This document shows positions 43,395 through 54,793 of a DNA stretch of 61,801 nucleotides, in pieces (the first letter of the stretch is position 1; each line of letters starts with the position of its first letter). The position numbers and the translations under genes are program-made. The notes beneath the pieces were generated by a model, which saw only the letters and a list, made by a program, of their open reading frames with translations, was not told the origin of the DNA and searched no databases. This DNA is from an uncultured virus (IMG/VR IMGVR_UViG_2061766007_002667) (taxonomy: Duplodnaviria; Heunggongvirae; Uroviricota; Caudoviricetes): the IMG/VR virus record IMGVR_UViG_2061766007_002667; one strand, given 5' to 3'.

Positions 43395-44207
43395 TTATGA
43401 CCACTGNNNNNNNNNNNNNNNNNNNNNNNNNNNNNNNTTTTTAATTGAATCAGTTTCTTCTTTTAACTTCTCAAGTCTTCTTTGTAAAGCTTCCGTTGAA
43501 ATTTGAAAATCTGCATCAAATTTTACACCATCTCTAGCTTGGATAACAGCTTCAATAAAACGATATGAAATAAATTTACAAAGAAAATCAACTTTAGCCA
43601 TTTCAACGTATTCTGGACTATCAAAACCAATAGCAGCATCAATACCAAGTTGTCCCCATCCAAAAGGAGCAGTTACTTCTAATCTGTTCTCTGTTCGATT
43701 AATCCAGCATCTAGGTTGACCAGTTGAAAGTTCATCATAAGAATTATTAAGTAAAATATTTGTAATATCAAAAGTTTGACTTGTACCTGTTACCTGATAA
43801 CCAAAGAAATATGTTTGCCATGTAGATGGATTTGACCAGTTTGACCAATAAGGACGTTCAATTCTCATAATTCCAAGAAAATATGCATGATCTACTTGTT
43901 CTGTAGGTATTTTTGGTTTAGCTTCGGTAAAAAAGTCATTAAAAGGAATATACATCTGACCATCATCTAATTTTGGTGCAGAAAGTCCAGCCCAATTTAG
44001 TGTAGTCTGTGTTGAACCACCTGTAGAATTATAAGTAGTCATATAAATAACACGCATAGGAAAACTTCTATAATAATCCATTGTACCTAATCTGATAGCA
44101 GCTTCTTTTAATAATCTTTCTTTATCCGAAATTTCAAAATTTGGATTTGCAAGATCTAAAGCCAAAGCTGCATCAATAATTGGTTGTATTTTAGGAAAAT
44201 TTCCCAT
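43395..44207 (-). CDS. Neck protein (T4 gp13-like)
   Basis: N-terminal helix ending DYYRSFP and C-terminal STEALQRRLEKLKEE as in gp13-like adaptors; GGAGG RBS. Confidence 0.5.
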   Translation of the reverse strand: MGNFPKIQPIIDAALALDLANPNFEISDKERLLKEAAIRLGTMDYYRSFPMRVIYMTTYNSTGGSTQTTLNWAGLSAPKLDDGQMYIPFNDFFTEAKPKIPTEQVDHAYFLGIMRIERPYWSNWSNPSTWQTYFFGYQVTGTSQTFDITNILLNNSYDELSTGQPRCWINRTENRLEVTAPFGWGQLGIDAAIGFDSPEYVEMAKVDFLCKFISYRFIEAVIQARDGVKFDADFQISTEALQRRLEKLKEETDSIKXXXXXXXXXXXQWS

Positions 44208-44225
44208 TATTTTTACCTCCGCGTT

Positions 44226-44717
44226 TTATGCCAAATAAATTAAATCATCTTCAAAGCGTAAATCATTTGGATCAAATTCGCACTTTTCAAAACCTTCATC
44301 ACTATAACAATAATTTTCTAACTGCTTTCTATCTGATAAATCTTGTATTCTTACTTCACCATATTTATTTAATTCATCAATCCAATTATTTAACTGTACC
44401 AAGTCATTATTAATTTTTTGTAAAGCTAAATCATGTTTTTCATCATTTGATTGTCTTATTTCATTACTATCTTTATATAATTCTTCCACTGCCAATTTTG
44501 CATTATCTAATCCAACTTTATCAATAAAATCACCTGTCCATGTTAATTCGCTAATATTTGAATTAACTGGTGCTAAATACTTATTGATAATCTTTACATA
44601 ATCATCTTTACGCCCAGCAGAATACATTATTTTTTGAGCATCTTCAATATCTTGAATAATACCATTATAATCATTTTCTTTTAATACTTTTTCAACTAAA
44701 TTTCTAAACTGTGACAT
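44226..44717 (-). CDS. Putative internal head protein
   Basis: MSQFRNLVEKVLKE leader resembling a capsid-targeting propeptide. Confidence 0.45.
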   Translation of the reverse strand: MSQFRNLVEKVLKENDYNGIIQDIEDAQKIMYSAGRKDDYVKIINKYLAPVNSNISELTWTGDFIDKVGLDNAKLAVEELYKDSNEIRQSNDEKHDLALQKINNDLVQLNNWIDELNKYGEVRIQDLSDRKQLENYCYSDEGFEKCEFDPNDLRFEDDLIYLA

Positions 44718-44722
44718 CTTTT

Positions 44723-47700
44723 TTATCCTTGATTAACAATTCTTTTAAATAAATTTGCACCAGTACCCATATTTGGTTTTCCATATGAATAATTAGGAAC
44801 AAAAATCATATATTTACCAGTAAAACTATTTTTTCTTATAAGAACATTCGGATCAAAGGTTTTCATAAAATAAGTAATATATGGCATATATCCATTTTGT
44901 TTAAATAATTCTACTAAATCATAACCATTATCAACAAATTCTTTAACTTCTGGATATTCAGTAATATGTTTTTGCATATAATCTAACACTGCCATAACCA
45001 TTTCATCATCGAGTTCTTCGTATTTACCAACTTTTTTTGGATTTACTCTATTCTTTCTAAGCAAAGTATCACGTATTTCTTGTTTTTCTCTATCTTCCAT
45101 CTTTTCATCAACTGTTTTTATCTTTTCTTGTTCAAGCAGAGATAAAAATTTATCAAGATCATATGAAATAACACGTTGTTTTGTATCAGAATTTTTTGGT
45201 TTTTCTCTTAGATAAATAATATTTTCATCAAGAATTTCATCAATTGTATCTAAAGCAGGAAAACCATAAATTGTATAATAATTTGTGTAATCGGCCTCTG
45301 GTACATATTTATTTATACCTGCTGCACTATTCATTTTATTTTGTAAATGCTGAGCAAATACACTATATTTTGAATTCATTTGCTTTTTAATATTACTGTC
45401 TTCAATTATAAAATCAACAAAACCGAGAAAATCATGTGGAATATCAAGTTGAGTACAAATACTACTTACTAAACGATAATTATCTTTAATTGTATATTTT
45501 TCTTCATTATCTTCTGTTAATATGCTTTCATTAAAATATGCATCAATATACTTTTCTTTATCTGAATATTTTTCAATTTCTTGTTTAAGTGTTTTTAATG
45601 GAATAGATTTATTCTTATTTAACATATATAATTTTTCTTTAAATTCTGGTTTGAGCATACTTACTTTATAATCATCTAATCCTAAAAGTTTTTTGTTAGA
45701 ATCAAACCATTTTTCTATAGGATTGCTATCAATATCAAGTTGTTTTTGTGCTAATTTTTTAAGTAAATCGCTTGGATAACCTAATTTTGATTTTTGATAT
45801 AATGCTTTCTTAGTTCTTAAAGATTGCTTATCAAGATTCAAATCTTCATTATTATCCTTATACCAGTTAAAAGCATTAGTATTAACTTTATCAGCACCTT
45901 TAGCCAAATCTAATGATTGCTCAATATTAGCACTATCTAAATCTTTATAACCTGCATCTTTTAATACGGCATTATACATAACAGTATTGATTGGTAACTT
46001 CATAATATATTTAAAATCATCAATACTCATTGTTTGAGGTTCTGTATATTTCATACGAACTTTAAAATAATTCTGTATATCTCTACTATTATTCATTTTT
46101 TCATATTTATCAAGCATTTCTTCTCTATTGCTTGATGAAATACTATTACTTGGTATTGAATTAGTATCTACTGTAGCTAAATCTACTGGCTCTTTATAAC
46201 GAACAATCAATAAAGGTTCTTCGTCTTCTTTTTCATCTTCTATACCAAATACAGAAAATTTCTTAATTTTACCATTTTCTTGATACATCCAAAGAGGAAT
46301 TTTACTATCAACTCTATAATAAGCNNNNNNNNNNNNNNNNNNNNNNNNNTGATGCCATTTCAAGCATATCTTGAATTCTAGCTTGATCTTTACTTAAATG
46401 TAAATAAGATGGATCAGCTTGATCATAGTAATCTTTATTTGATTTTTTAAGATCTCTTTGTTTAGATAAACTTATTTCTTCTTTTAATGAATTATTTTTA
46501 GTTTCAACCATTTTTTCTAAAGCATCTTTTGCAGCCATAACTTCTTTACTATCTTTATAGCCATCATCGATCTTTTGTTTAATCTCACGTAATGCTAATT
46601 CTTCATCATTTTCATACTTATCCATTAAACCATCAATAATTTCTTGTGATGATTTAGAATACAAACTGTCTTCATTCATAATAGACTCTAAAGATAATTC
46701 TTTACTCATACTATTATAATAAGCATCTCTAAGTCTTTGAATAAAATTGTTATTACGTAATTTTTTAAATACTAAGTTACCTTCTCCAAACTCACCTTCT
46801 GAAGCAAGACTATTTTTTCTTAAATCGCCTATTTGTTTAATTACACCTTCTATAGATTCAGTATTATTTGAATCTATTGCATCTTCAATATTTAAAGTCA
46901 ATTCATTATACATTGGTTCATTGACTTCACCCATTTCAACATCAGCGTTTGATGGTTTTTTAACCCATTCATCATTTTTTAATGAATAAATGCCTGTTGA
47001 AACCAATTCTTCAGCTGTATTTTCACAACCAACCTCAACTGGCAAACCTTTTATAGTAATGTTATATTTATCATTAAATACTTTTTTAGCAGCTTTTAAA
47101 TATTCTGATAAAATTTCGGCACTAATTCCAGCTTTTTCAAAATCAAATACTAAATGTAAATCAATATCACTATTTTCATTATAATTATAATTAGCACAAC
47201 TACCAGTAAAATAAATATCAACTGGTTCAAATGGTAATTTTAAACTAGCTTCAAATTTATCTGCAATTTCAAGTAAAGCCTGCTTAACATCTTCTTTTAA
47301 TTCTTCACCATCAAATAAATTTTGATTTAATACAGATTGTGTTTTTTCTTCTTCAATAGCTGGTTTATTTTCTTCACCTTGTGGAATAGAAGCATATAAT
47401 GCACTTGCACCATNNNNNNNNNNNNNNNNNNNNNNNNNNNNNNNNNNNNNNNNNNNNNNNNNNNNNNNNNNNNNNNNNNNNNNNNNNNNNNNNNNNNNNN
47501 NNNNNNNNNNNNNNNNNNNNNNNNNNNNNNNNNNTATCAATATCTTTTCTATTTACTATTATTTGAGCAACATTATCCAATTCTTTAACAATTTGTGGAT
47601 TATAAGAAAGATTTGCTTTATTATATGCTCCTAATCTATCAAGCATAGATTGAGAAAAATTATTATTTTTAGAAACTACTCTTCTGTCTTTACCTGCTAA

Positions 47701-49317
47701 GTTTAAATTATCTCGTTGTTCAATTCTATCTAATGTTTTATTTTGAATATCATTTAATTTTTGCAAATGATCATCTAATCTAGTATCATTTGGATTAGTT
47801 CTCTTAAAATAGCTAGCATACTTCTTTTCTAAATCTATCTTATTTAATAAATCTCTTTCTTTTTTTGTTGCTCTAGATTTCAAAAGACCTCTATTTCTAT
47901 CAAAAGTTGATAAAAATTTATCTTCACCTGGTCCTTTATTTAATTTTGGAGCAGAATAACCCGCAAATTTACTGGTAGAATAATTTTTATCATTAACTAT
48001 ATCTTTTAAATGGTCAATTAATACTGAAATTTCTTCTTTTTTATTTTGATTTTTTTCAGTAACATACAGTTGATATAATCTATTTAAATCACGACCAGAT
48101 GGATTATCATAATTGATATTTGCTTTATAATCTGTATTTATTTTATCAGTTAAATACTTATAAGCATCATTTAAAATTCTAAATTTTTTAACACGAAGAT
48201 TATCAAGTCTTTTTTCTTTTTCTTCTGATGACATTTCATCTTTTTTAGCCTGAGTTAATTTCCAATTTTCTTCTTTAATCTTATCAATTTTTGATTTAAC
48301 TTCAGGTAAAGCTGATAAAATCTTTTCAGCTCTTTGCTTATTTGAAATTTCTTTATTGACGCTATCTAATTCGGCTTTTAATTCTTCTTTTTCGCTTTGT
48401 AATAATTGATCATCTGCTAATGTTTTTCTTAAAGTAGCAGCACGTCCTCTTAAGTTATCTAAACTTGTAAAGCTCTTTTTAATTCTTGAATCTTTATTTC
48501 TTAAATGTGTAAAAGCTCTCGATTTAATACTACTTGTTTTTATTGGAAATCTAATACCATTATCCAATTCAATAATATAACCAGCATAATCTGTACCATC
48601 ATCTTTTAATGAATTAGCACCAACAGAAGTAGTATCAATTAATTGACTATAAAAATCCATATTATCTAAAAACTGATTAATAGCCTTATTATAAATAATC
48701 TTACCTTCATCAGTGTTTAAATCAACACCATTTTTTAAATATTTAAGATAACTATCTGCAATTTCTGATTCAATTTCAAATTCTAAAGGCGCTTTTTTAT
48801 ACTGTTCTGGAATATAAGAGTGCTTTTTATTTTCTTCGTCTGTAATTAAATCATAAGGATAGGCTTTGATTGTAACAGTATTAATATATGGCTCTTCTTC
48901 AACTTCTTCTAATTCAACAGCTTCACCAAAACCAGGTTCTTTGCCTTTAGATTGAGGATCGCCTTTTCTACCTTCACGGTTAAGATATTCAATATCATTT
49001 AAAATTTTAATATAGTAATCAGATAACACGNNNNNNNNNNNNNNNNNNNNNNNNNNACAGCTGTACTTAGCATTAAATATGCATCAAAAACAGTTTTGGC
49101 ATTTTTTTGAATCCAATCATAAACACGGGCTTCAAGAATTTTTCTACAAACTAAACCACGTTTAGCCATTCTTTCATAGCCATCTTTTTTATCTCNNNNN
49201 NNNNNNNNNNNNNNNNNNNNNNNNNNNNNNTAAAACAATAGCTACATATTCTTCATACTCAGAATTACTTGCATACTCTTGTAAAGAAATATCTTTAACT
49301 TCATCAAAAAGTTTCAT
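44723..49317 (-). CDS. Very large putative internal head (poly)protein containing a Pol-beta nucleotidyltransferase domain (joined across four gaps)
   Basis: Start MKLFDEVKDISLQEY at 49317; each sequenced block has a stop-free frame; FTGSCANYNYNENSDIDLHL, GLPVEV, GEFGEGNLVFKKLR; a gene boundary could hide in gap 47414-47534. Confidence 0.6.
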
Positions 49318-49348
49318 AAGAAAAAAGCTCTAAATAAAATTAAACATT

Positions 49349-49361
49349 ATTTATTTAGAAC
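49349..49361 (-). promoter_or_regulatory. Putative late promoter
   Basis: Minus strand GTTCTAAATAAAT. Confidence 0.6.
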
Positions 49362-49394
49362 TTTAATAAATATACCTTATTTTAATAAATAAAC

Positions 49395-49761
49395 TTAATT
49401 TAATCTGGATTTAATAAGCTCATTAATTTGATTGAAAGGTACTTTTAATATTGCTAAAATAAAAGCTTTCAAATCTGTTGTTAATCCACCATTAAAAACA
49501 GGTTCAACGCGTTTTAACTGTGTATAATCTGCTTCAGAAATATATTCTTTAATATCTNNNNNNNNNNNNNNNNNNNGAAACATTTCTAAAAGAATTAACA
49601 GCTAAAAATTCAAGTTTTGTTCTTGGTTTTTTCATAATATAACCAAAAACTTTATTCCATAAAAAATTATATTGTTGAAATTCTTGTTTAATTTTAACTT
49701 TTACATTAATTGAAAGTTTAGGTGTTTTTCTGTTATCACCAAAAATATCTAGATTTGCCAT
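49395..49761 (-). CDS. Hypothetical protein (joined across gap)
   Basis: Two ORF fragments flanking a short N run, coupled to upstream gene. Confidence 0.55.
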
Positions 49762-50117
49762 TATAAATTAGCTCCTTTATACATATTATCTTCAAAATCT
49801 TCAATACTATCTAACCAATCTTGAGCAGCTTGTGATGTAAAATATGCTCCATAATATTGCTTAAAATCTGGTTCTTGTTCCTTAATTAATTTTACAAAAA
49901 CCTTATCAAAATCAATTAATAATTTATTTTCAGTATTTAAAGCTTCTAAAATCTTTTTTACTCTTTCTTCATCAAAAATCTGATGTAATAATGATTCAAA
50001 TTTAAAATAATTAAATGATTCATTTATATTTTTGACTTTGTTCTTAAGCCAAATTAAATTCCATTTCTTTTCTACAACAAAAACCCCGGTTAATTTATAG
50101 TTTAAATCATTATTCAT
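49761..50117 (-). CDS. Hypothetical protein
   Basis: 118-aa ORF overlapping portal stop. Confidence 0.65.
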   Translation of the reverse strand: MNNDLNYKLTGVFVVEKKWNLIWLKNKVKNINESFNYFKFESLLHQIFDEERVKKILEALNTENKLLIDFDKVFVKLIKEQEPDFKQYYGAYFTSQAAQDWLDSIEDFEDNMYKGANL

Positions 50118-51912
50118 TTATATCTTCTTTCAATTCTTTAGATTTAGACTTAAAAACAGATTCGACTAAAGTTAAATCTTGTGATTTACCTACCGAAGCT
50201 ATTTCTCTCAATTGTTTCTTTAAATTATAATTTTCAGATAAAAATGTTTTACTCGTAACTTTCATACCAACTGCTTCACCAAACTCAGCTTCATCTTCTC
50301 CAATTTCGGTACCTTGTTGGTTATTCTTTAATTTTTGACCCATCAAAAACTTACTTAAATCTTCATCACTTCCTAAAGAATTTCTAGAAACTTTTGAACA
50401 AATCAAAGAAGCTAAATCATATGGTAAACCAAGTTTAATCAATATCTGAAATTTATTAATGTCTGTCATTTGTGGATTAATTTCAATCAAAGATTTTAAT
50501 AATTCACCAATATTATTATACTTTTCAATAGTTTCAGCAGCTATTTGAATCGGTTCATTTAAACTTACTTCAACATTTAATTTTGAAACATCATATCCGG
50601 CATGAGTTAAAATATTTTCAACCAAATTCATTATACCATTTAAAAGACCTTTTTTAAGAGGTATTAAAGATCTTTTTAACTTAAGATCTTGTGCTTCTAA
50701 TGCTTGTGCTGTTGTAATCACATCTTCACCAACCAAATAACCTTTAGGTAAAGCAGAATTACGCAAAATTTTATCTAAAAAGTATTGAACATCTTCGGTT
50801 GAACTTAAATCAATATTAGATTCAATGTGATCTACTGTTACTTTTTTACCATCAGAAGCCTCAGGTAAAGTTAAAATAGACATAGCGCCAGGAACTTTTC
50901 TTGCTGCTTTAGCTGTTCCCTGATCGCTAAATAATGAATTAAGATAATTAGACCTAAATTGATTCATAAAATCATAAGAATCTACTAAGCTTACGCCATT
51001 TGGAAGAGGTACATAAAATACTAATCTTTGAATTTTAGATGCACGAGACAATGCTAATAAACCTTCAAGAGAAGTAAGTTGATCAAAAGCAGAACGCATT
51101 GACCATAGCATTGATTTACCATAAGGTTCTGTTGTTTCATCATCAATTTTTAAATGCACACATTGCCAAGGTTGCCAGACTTTTTTAAGGTTTTTGCTAG
51201 TTTGTGTTTTGTTTACATAAGTAATTTCTTGTTCCGTTGTATAATTAATAGGATTTAAATATTCATCAGTATGTACTTTAAAATACTTAGGATTTATAAA
51301 AGAAATAACTAAATCTTCTACAACATCAATTTGATCAAACTTTGAATTTTCTTCTGTTTGCCATTTTTCAAGATATGGATATTGTAATACTAAAGCATAA
51401 TTACCATATTTCGCTAAAGCTCTTGTAATATTAGGCAATCTTTGATAAATTTTATTTTTGTATAAGACTTTTTCAACTAATCTTTGAGCATTTTGATTGT
51501 TAATTTTAATATTTAATGGATTTTCAATAAAACCCTGAGATAAAACTTCAGCAACATAAGTATCAAGAATTAAACCAACTTCACCAAGATTTTCATCTAA
51601 GCTATCAAAAGTTTTATAAGCTGTTAATAATGTTGAATAATTACCATCATAAAAAGTATATGAACTAAGAAAATCATCATATAATGAATAATCACCTGAT
51701 TGTAATGGACTATACTTTTCTGAAACAGGAATAGAAACAAATTCACCAGATTCTGTTTGCCCAATTGTAAAATTGTGACGTTTTGCTAATCCTTTTAATA
51801 CATCAAAACTTATGCCAGGATTAGTAAGAAAAAGTGTACCACTTTCTTTATCATAAAAGCCATCTTTAGTTACAGCTTCTGCTAATTGTCTGCTTAAACT
51901 TTTTTTAACCAT
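50110..51912 (-). CDS. Portal protein (T4 gp20-like)
   Basis: VHL...PYGKSMLW.MR.AFDQL..LE...LSRAS...RLVFYV; EDVQYFLDKI...LPKGYL. Confidence 0.85.
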   Translation of the reverse strand: MVKKSLSRQLAEAVTKDGFYDKESGTLFLTNPGISFDVLKGLAKRHNFTIGQTESGEFVSIPVSEKYSPLQSGDYSLYDDFLSSYTFYDGNYSTLLTAYKTFDSLDENLGEVGLILDTYVAEVLSQGFIENPLNIKINNQNAQRLVEKVLYKNKIYQRLPNITRALAKYGNYALVLQYPYLEKWQTEENSKFDQIDVVEDLVISFINPKYFKVHTDEYLNPINYTTEQEITYVNKTQTSKNLKKVWQPWQCVHLKIDDETTEPYGKSMLWSMRSAFDQLTSLEGLLALSRASKIQRLVFYVPLPNGVSLVDSYDFMNQFRSNYLNSLFSDQGTAKAARKVPGAMSILTLPEASDGKKVTVDHIESNIDLSSTEDVQYFLDKILRNSALPKGYLVGEDVITTAQALEAQDLKLKRSLIPLKKGLLNGIMNLVENILTHAGYDVSKLNVEVSLNEPIQIAAETIEKYNNIGELLKSLIEINPQMTDINKFQILIKLGLPYDLASLICSKVSRNSLGSDEDLSKFLMGQKLKNNQQGTEIGEDEAEFGEAVGMKVTSKTFLSENYNLKKQLREIASVGKSQDLTLVESVFKSKSKELKEDINE

Positions 51913-51918
51913 ATTTTA

Positions 51919-52383
51919 TTATTCCCAAATAAGATTAATATAAACGTCAAAAGCATTTCCAGTTATAACATCTTCACAAGAAATTTTACCAGAAGTATAT
52001 GCCAAAACAATAAAACCAATTGAATAAGAATCAGACAAAACTTGCTCAATTGGTGCTATTACTTGTATACCATCTGTTGCTTCATATTTAAAATCAACCC
52101 ATTTATTATAAACTAATCTTCCACTTATAAAATTTAATACTGGATATTCTTCTTCCCATTCGTCTATAACATTTGCTGTAATTAAAATGCCGGCACTTGT
52201 TTTTTCAATATTCGTTATTTCTAAAACATCTCCACGACCAAAAGCTTTATCACAAACAATTCTTACTAAAAAGCTTCTCATCCAAAATTCATAACTATGC
52301 TTACCATCTAAAGGTGATTTATCACTTGCATAATATGAAATACAACGAAATGGAAATTTCAATTTTTCAAGATTAGAATTCAT
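51919..52383 (-). CDS. Hypothetical (probably structural) protein
   Basis: 154-aa beta-rich ORF in the portal operon. Confidence 0.6.
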   Translation of the reverse strand: MNSNLEKLKFPFRCISYYASDKSPLDGKHSYEFWMRSFLVRIVCDKAFGRGDVLEITNIEKTSAGILITANVIDEWEEEYPVLNFISGRLVYNKWVDFKYEATDGIQVIAPIEQVLSDSYSIGFIVLAYTSGKISCEDVITGNAFDVYINLIWE

Positions 52384-52388
52384 TTTTA

Positions 52389-52574
52389 TTATCCATTTAA
52401 AGATTGTTTAACTTCAATTTCACCATCACAATTTCTTTTTGCAACAGCTTTTTTAGATTCATTAATTTTACGTACCAATTCATCTTCTTCCATTGTATCT
52501 AACTCTTCATCAAGTTCTTTTTCAATGAAATTCTTTGTTGATTCGGTAATCAAAATTTTCTTTTTATCAGTCAT
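52389..52574 (-). CDS. Small acidic protein
   Basis: 61 aa, AGGAG RBS. Confidence 0.6.
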   Translation of the reverse strand: MTDKKKILITESTKNFIEKELDEELDTMEEDELVRKINESKKAVAKRNCDGEIEVKQSLNG

Positions 52575-52585
52575 AAAATAGTCTC

Positions 52586-53037
52586 CTATCTATTACTTAA
52601 TCTCAATTGAATTGAATTTGGATTTAATACCAATCTCTCATCAACTAATACCGTTTCTTCTGGAATAAGTGGTAATACAGCAATTAATTCATATTTATCA
52701 GTATGGTCTAAATCATCATTATTATATTTATAATATAAACCAACCCATTTAATTGTCTCTGAACCATTAGTCCANNNNNNNNNNNNNNNNNNNNNNNNNN
52801 NNNNNNNNATTACGAATAATACCATTAACTGGTGATGTAAAAACACAAGGTGTTGGATTAATACTATACCATTTACTTACAGGCTCTTTTGTAAAAGAAA
52901 AAGTTTCTTCATCAAATTCTATACCCAATCCNNNNNNNNNNNNNNNNNTAATTAGAACTAGGTGTACCAAAGCAATTACTTAAAATTGTTTCAATAAATT
53001 TTGGTGAAAGATTAAAACGTAATGTACTCATATTCAT
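52586..53037 (-). CDS. Putative structural protein (joined across gaps)
   Basis: MNMSTLRFNLSPKFIETIL...GIIRN...WTNGSETIKWVGLY; similar layout to the neighbouring gene. Confidence 0.45.
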
Positions 53038-53047
53038 TCTTTCCTTT

Positions 53048-53503
53048 TTACAAATCTGTTAAACCAAGTCTAATCGCACCTGGTGCTAAAATTAAAGTTT
53101 CACCTTTTAGTGCTGTTTGAGACTCTGGTAAATGCAACACAACCAACGGCTTTACTAAATTACCACTTTCATCTTGATAATCTAATCTATCAAACAAGCC
53201 AATCATTTCAATTCTTATTGTTGAATCTGTCCAATCTTCAGAAGCAGTATTAAAAACAATTTCATTTTCATTATAAATAGCACAATCTTCTGGTATACCA
53301 AAAATTGCACGTGCTCTACAATAATTACCAAGAGGTCTACCACCAAATACTTCTGTAAAATCATTTGTATTTATATGAGCACCTTGCTGAGCTAATCCTA
53401 AACCAATATAAATCTCTTTTTCAGAAATATCAGGCTTAGTAATACCAAAATACTCACATAAAATTTTATTCATAAAATCTACTTGTAAACCATAAACTGC
53501 CAT
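53048..53503 (-). CDS. Putative tail/baseplate-associated structural protein
   Basis: IYIGL...EV.G..NYCRAR..F...NEIVFNTASEDW...IGLFD, a common phage tail-protein pattern. Confidence 0.55.
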   Translation of the reverse strand: MAVYGLQVDFMNKILCEYFGITKPDISEKEIYIGLGLAQQGAHINTNDFTEVFGGRPLGNYCRARAIFGIPEDCAIYNENEIVFNTASEDWTDSTIRIEMIGLFDRLDYQDESGNLVKPLVVLHLPESQTALKGETLILAPGAIRLGLTDL

Positions 53504-54657
53504 TATTTTTTATCTCCAAATAAAATAGTATTCTCTCTTGTTAATTTAGAACTGAAATAGCTAAAGATTTTGCTGAAAATACTGCATCTAATNNNNNNNN
53601 NNNNTCCTAATGTTTCTTGTAAGTTTTCACCAACCCAAGGAATAGACACTAATTCAATTGTAGCTTTTGCTTCTTCTTTTTGTATAATTACATCTAATAT
53701 TCCTTCTTTGCCGAACATTGTATAACCGCGTTCAATATTCAGTTTATATTCTAAAATTTCACCAATATCAGAAACTTTTGTAACTGTTAATTCTAATGGT
53801 TCTTTTTCATCTTTGTCTTCATTTGTAATAATATATATGATATTACCTGCAGCATCTAATAATTCAAAAGTATCATTGACATTAAAACCACCAGTACTTT
53901 GTAAAATATGTTCAGGTCTAGAATCATAATACATTAAAGATTCAACTTGTTCAAAATATTGTGGATATTCAGGTACTTGTTCCCAAATACCATCTTGAAT
54001 AATCTTTTTAATCTTTGAATTATCTATACCATTACGTAAAAACCAAATAGTACCTTGTGCTCTTATGTTATTATAGTTATTTAATATACAATCTTTATTC
54101 CAATCAAACCAGAAAGTACCTAATGCTGTTTCTATATTATTATAAAGTGATTGACGTGATGGTACACAATTTGCAATTCTAGAATATGTTTTACTATCTG
54201 ATAATTGTTTCTGAACTGTTCCCAACACAGTCCATTCTCTCGCAACTTTAAATTCATTATTATCATATTCATTAAATACCAAACGACTATTTCGTGGAAG
54301 ATGAAGTTTTGTAGGAATAATTACTTCAAGTGGATAAATACCATCTATTCCATCTGCAGTCATGCCAGCTTCTGATAAATTTTGACGATATTCTTTAAAC
54401 AAAGGAATAACAGATTCTACAGTATCTTTCCATTCTATATTTACAAAATTATTATATTCATCAACAAAATTGTCAGTGTCTTCAAAATTATCTGTTAATG
54501 GAATTCTTACAAGAACTTTTGTTCCATAATTACTAAATAAAGCCTCATTTCTCAACGCTGAAACGTAATCTGTTATACTAGAAATATAAGCATCTCTCAA
54601 GTTATAATTAGAAAATGCTGTTTCTTTTAATCTTGATAAATTTGAATATCTTGTCAT
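53503..54657 (-). CDS. Neck/head-completion protein (T4 gp14-like) with C-terminal extension
   Basis: EALFSNYGTKVLVRIP...GIDGIYPLEVIIP; motif at 54690. Confidence 0.45.
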   Translation of the reverse strand: MTRYSNLSRLKETAFSNYNLRDAYISSITDYVSALRNEALFSNYGTKVLVRIPLTDNFEDTDNFVDEYNNFVNIEWKDTVESVIPLFKEYRQNLSEAGMTADGIDGIYPLEVIIPTKLHLPRNSRLVFNEYDNNEFKVAREWTVLGTVQKQLSDSKTYSRIANCVPSRQSLYNNIETALGTFWFDWNKDCILNNYNNIRAQGTIWFLRNGIDNSKIKKIIQDGIWEQVPEYPQYFEQVESLMYYDSRPEHILQSTGGFNVNDTFELLDAAGNIIYIITNEDKDEKEPLELTVTKVSDIGEILEYKLNIERGYTMFGKEGILDVIIQKEEAKATIELVSIPWVGENLQETLGXXXXIRCSIFSKIFSYFSSKLTRENTILFGDKK

Positions 54658-54735
54658 CGCAAAAACTTATTTTTTAAACTATTATCATATAGAACTTAAA
54701 ATAAAGCAATAAATTTTTGTAAAGAGGCTAAATAT

Positions 54736-54768
54736 AAAAAAGGCCTTTGATATTGCTACCAAAGACCT
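54736..54768 (-). terminator. Terminator after groEL
   Basis: Minus strand AGGTCTTTG-N10-CAAAGGCCT followed by T-run. Confidence 0.65.
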
Positions 54769-54793
54769 CTTCTTGGCAAGAAAATGTTAAACT

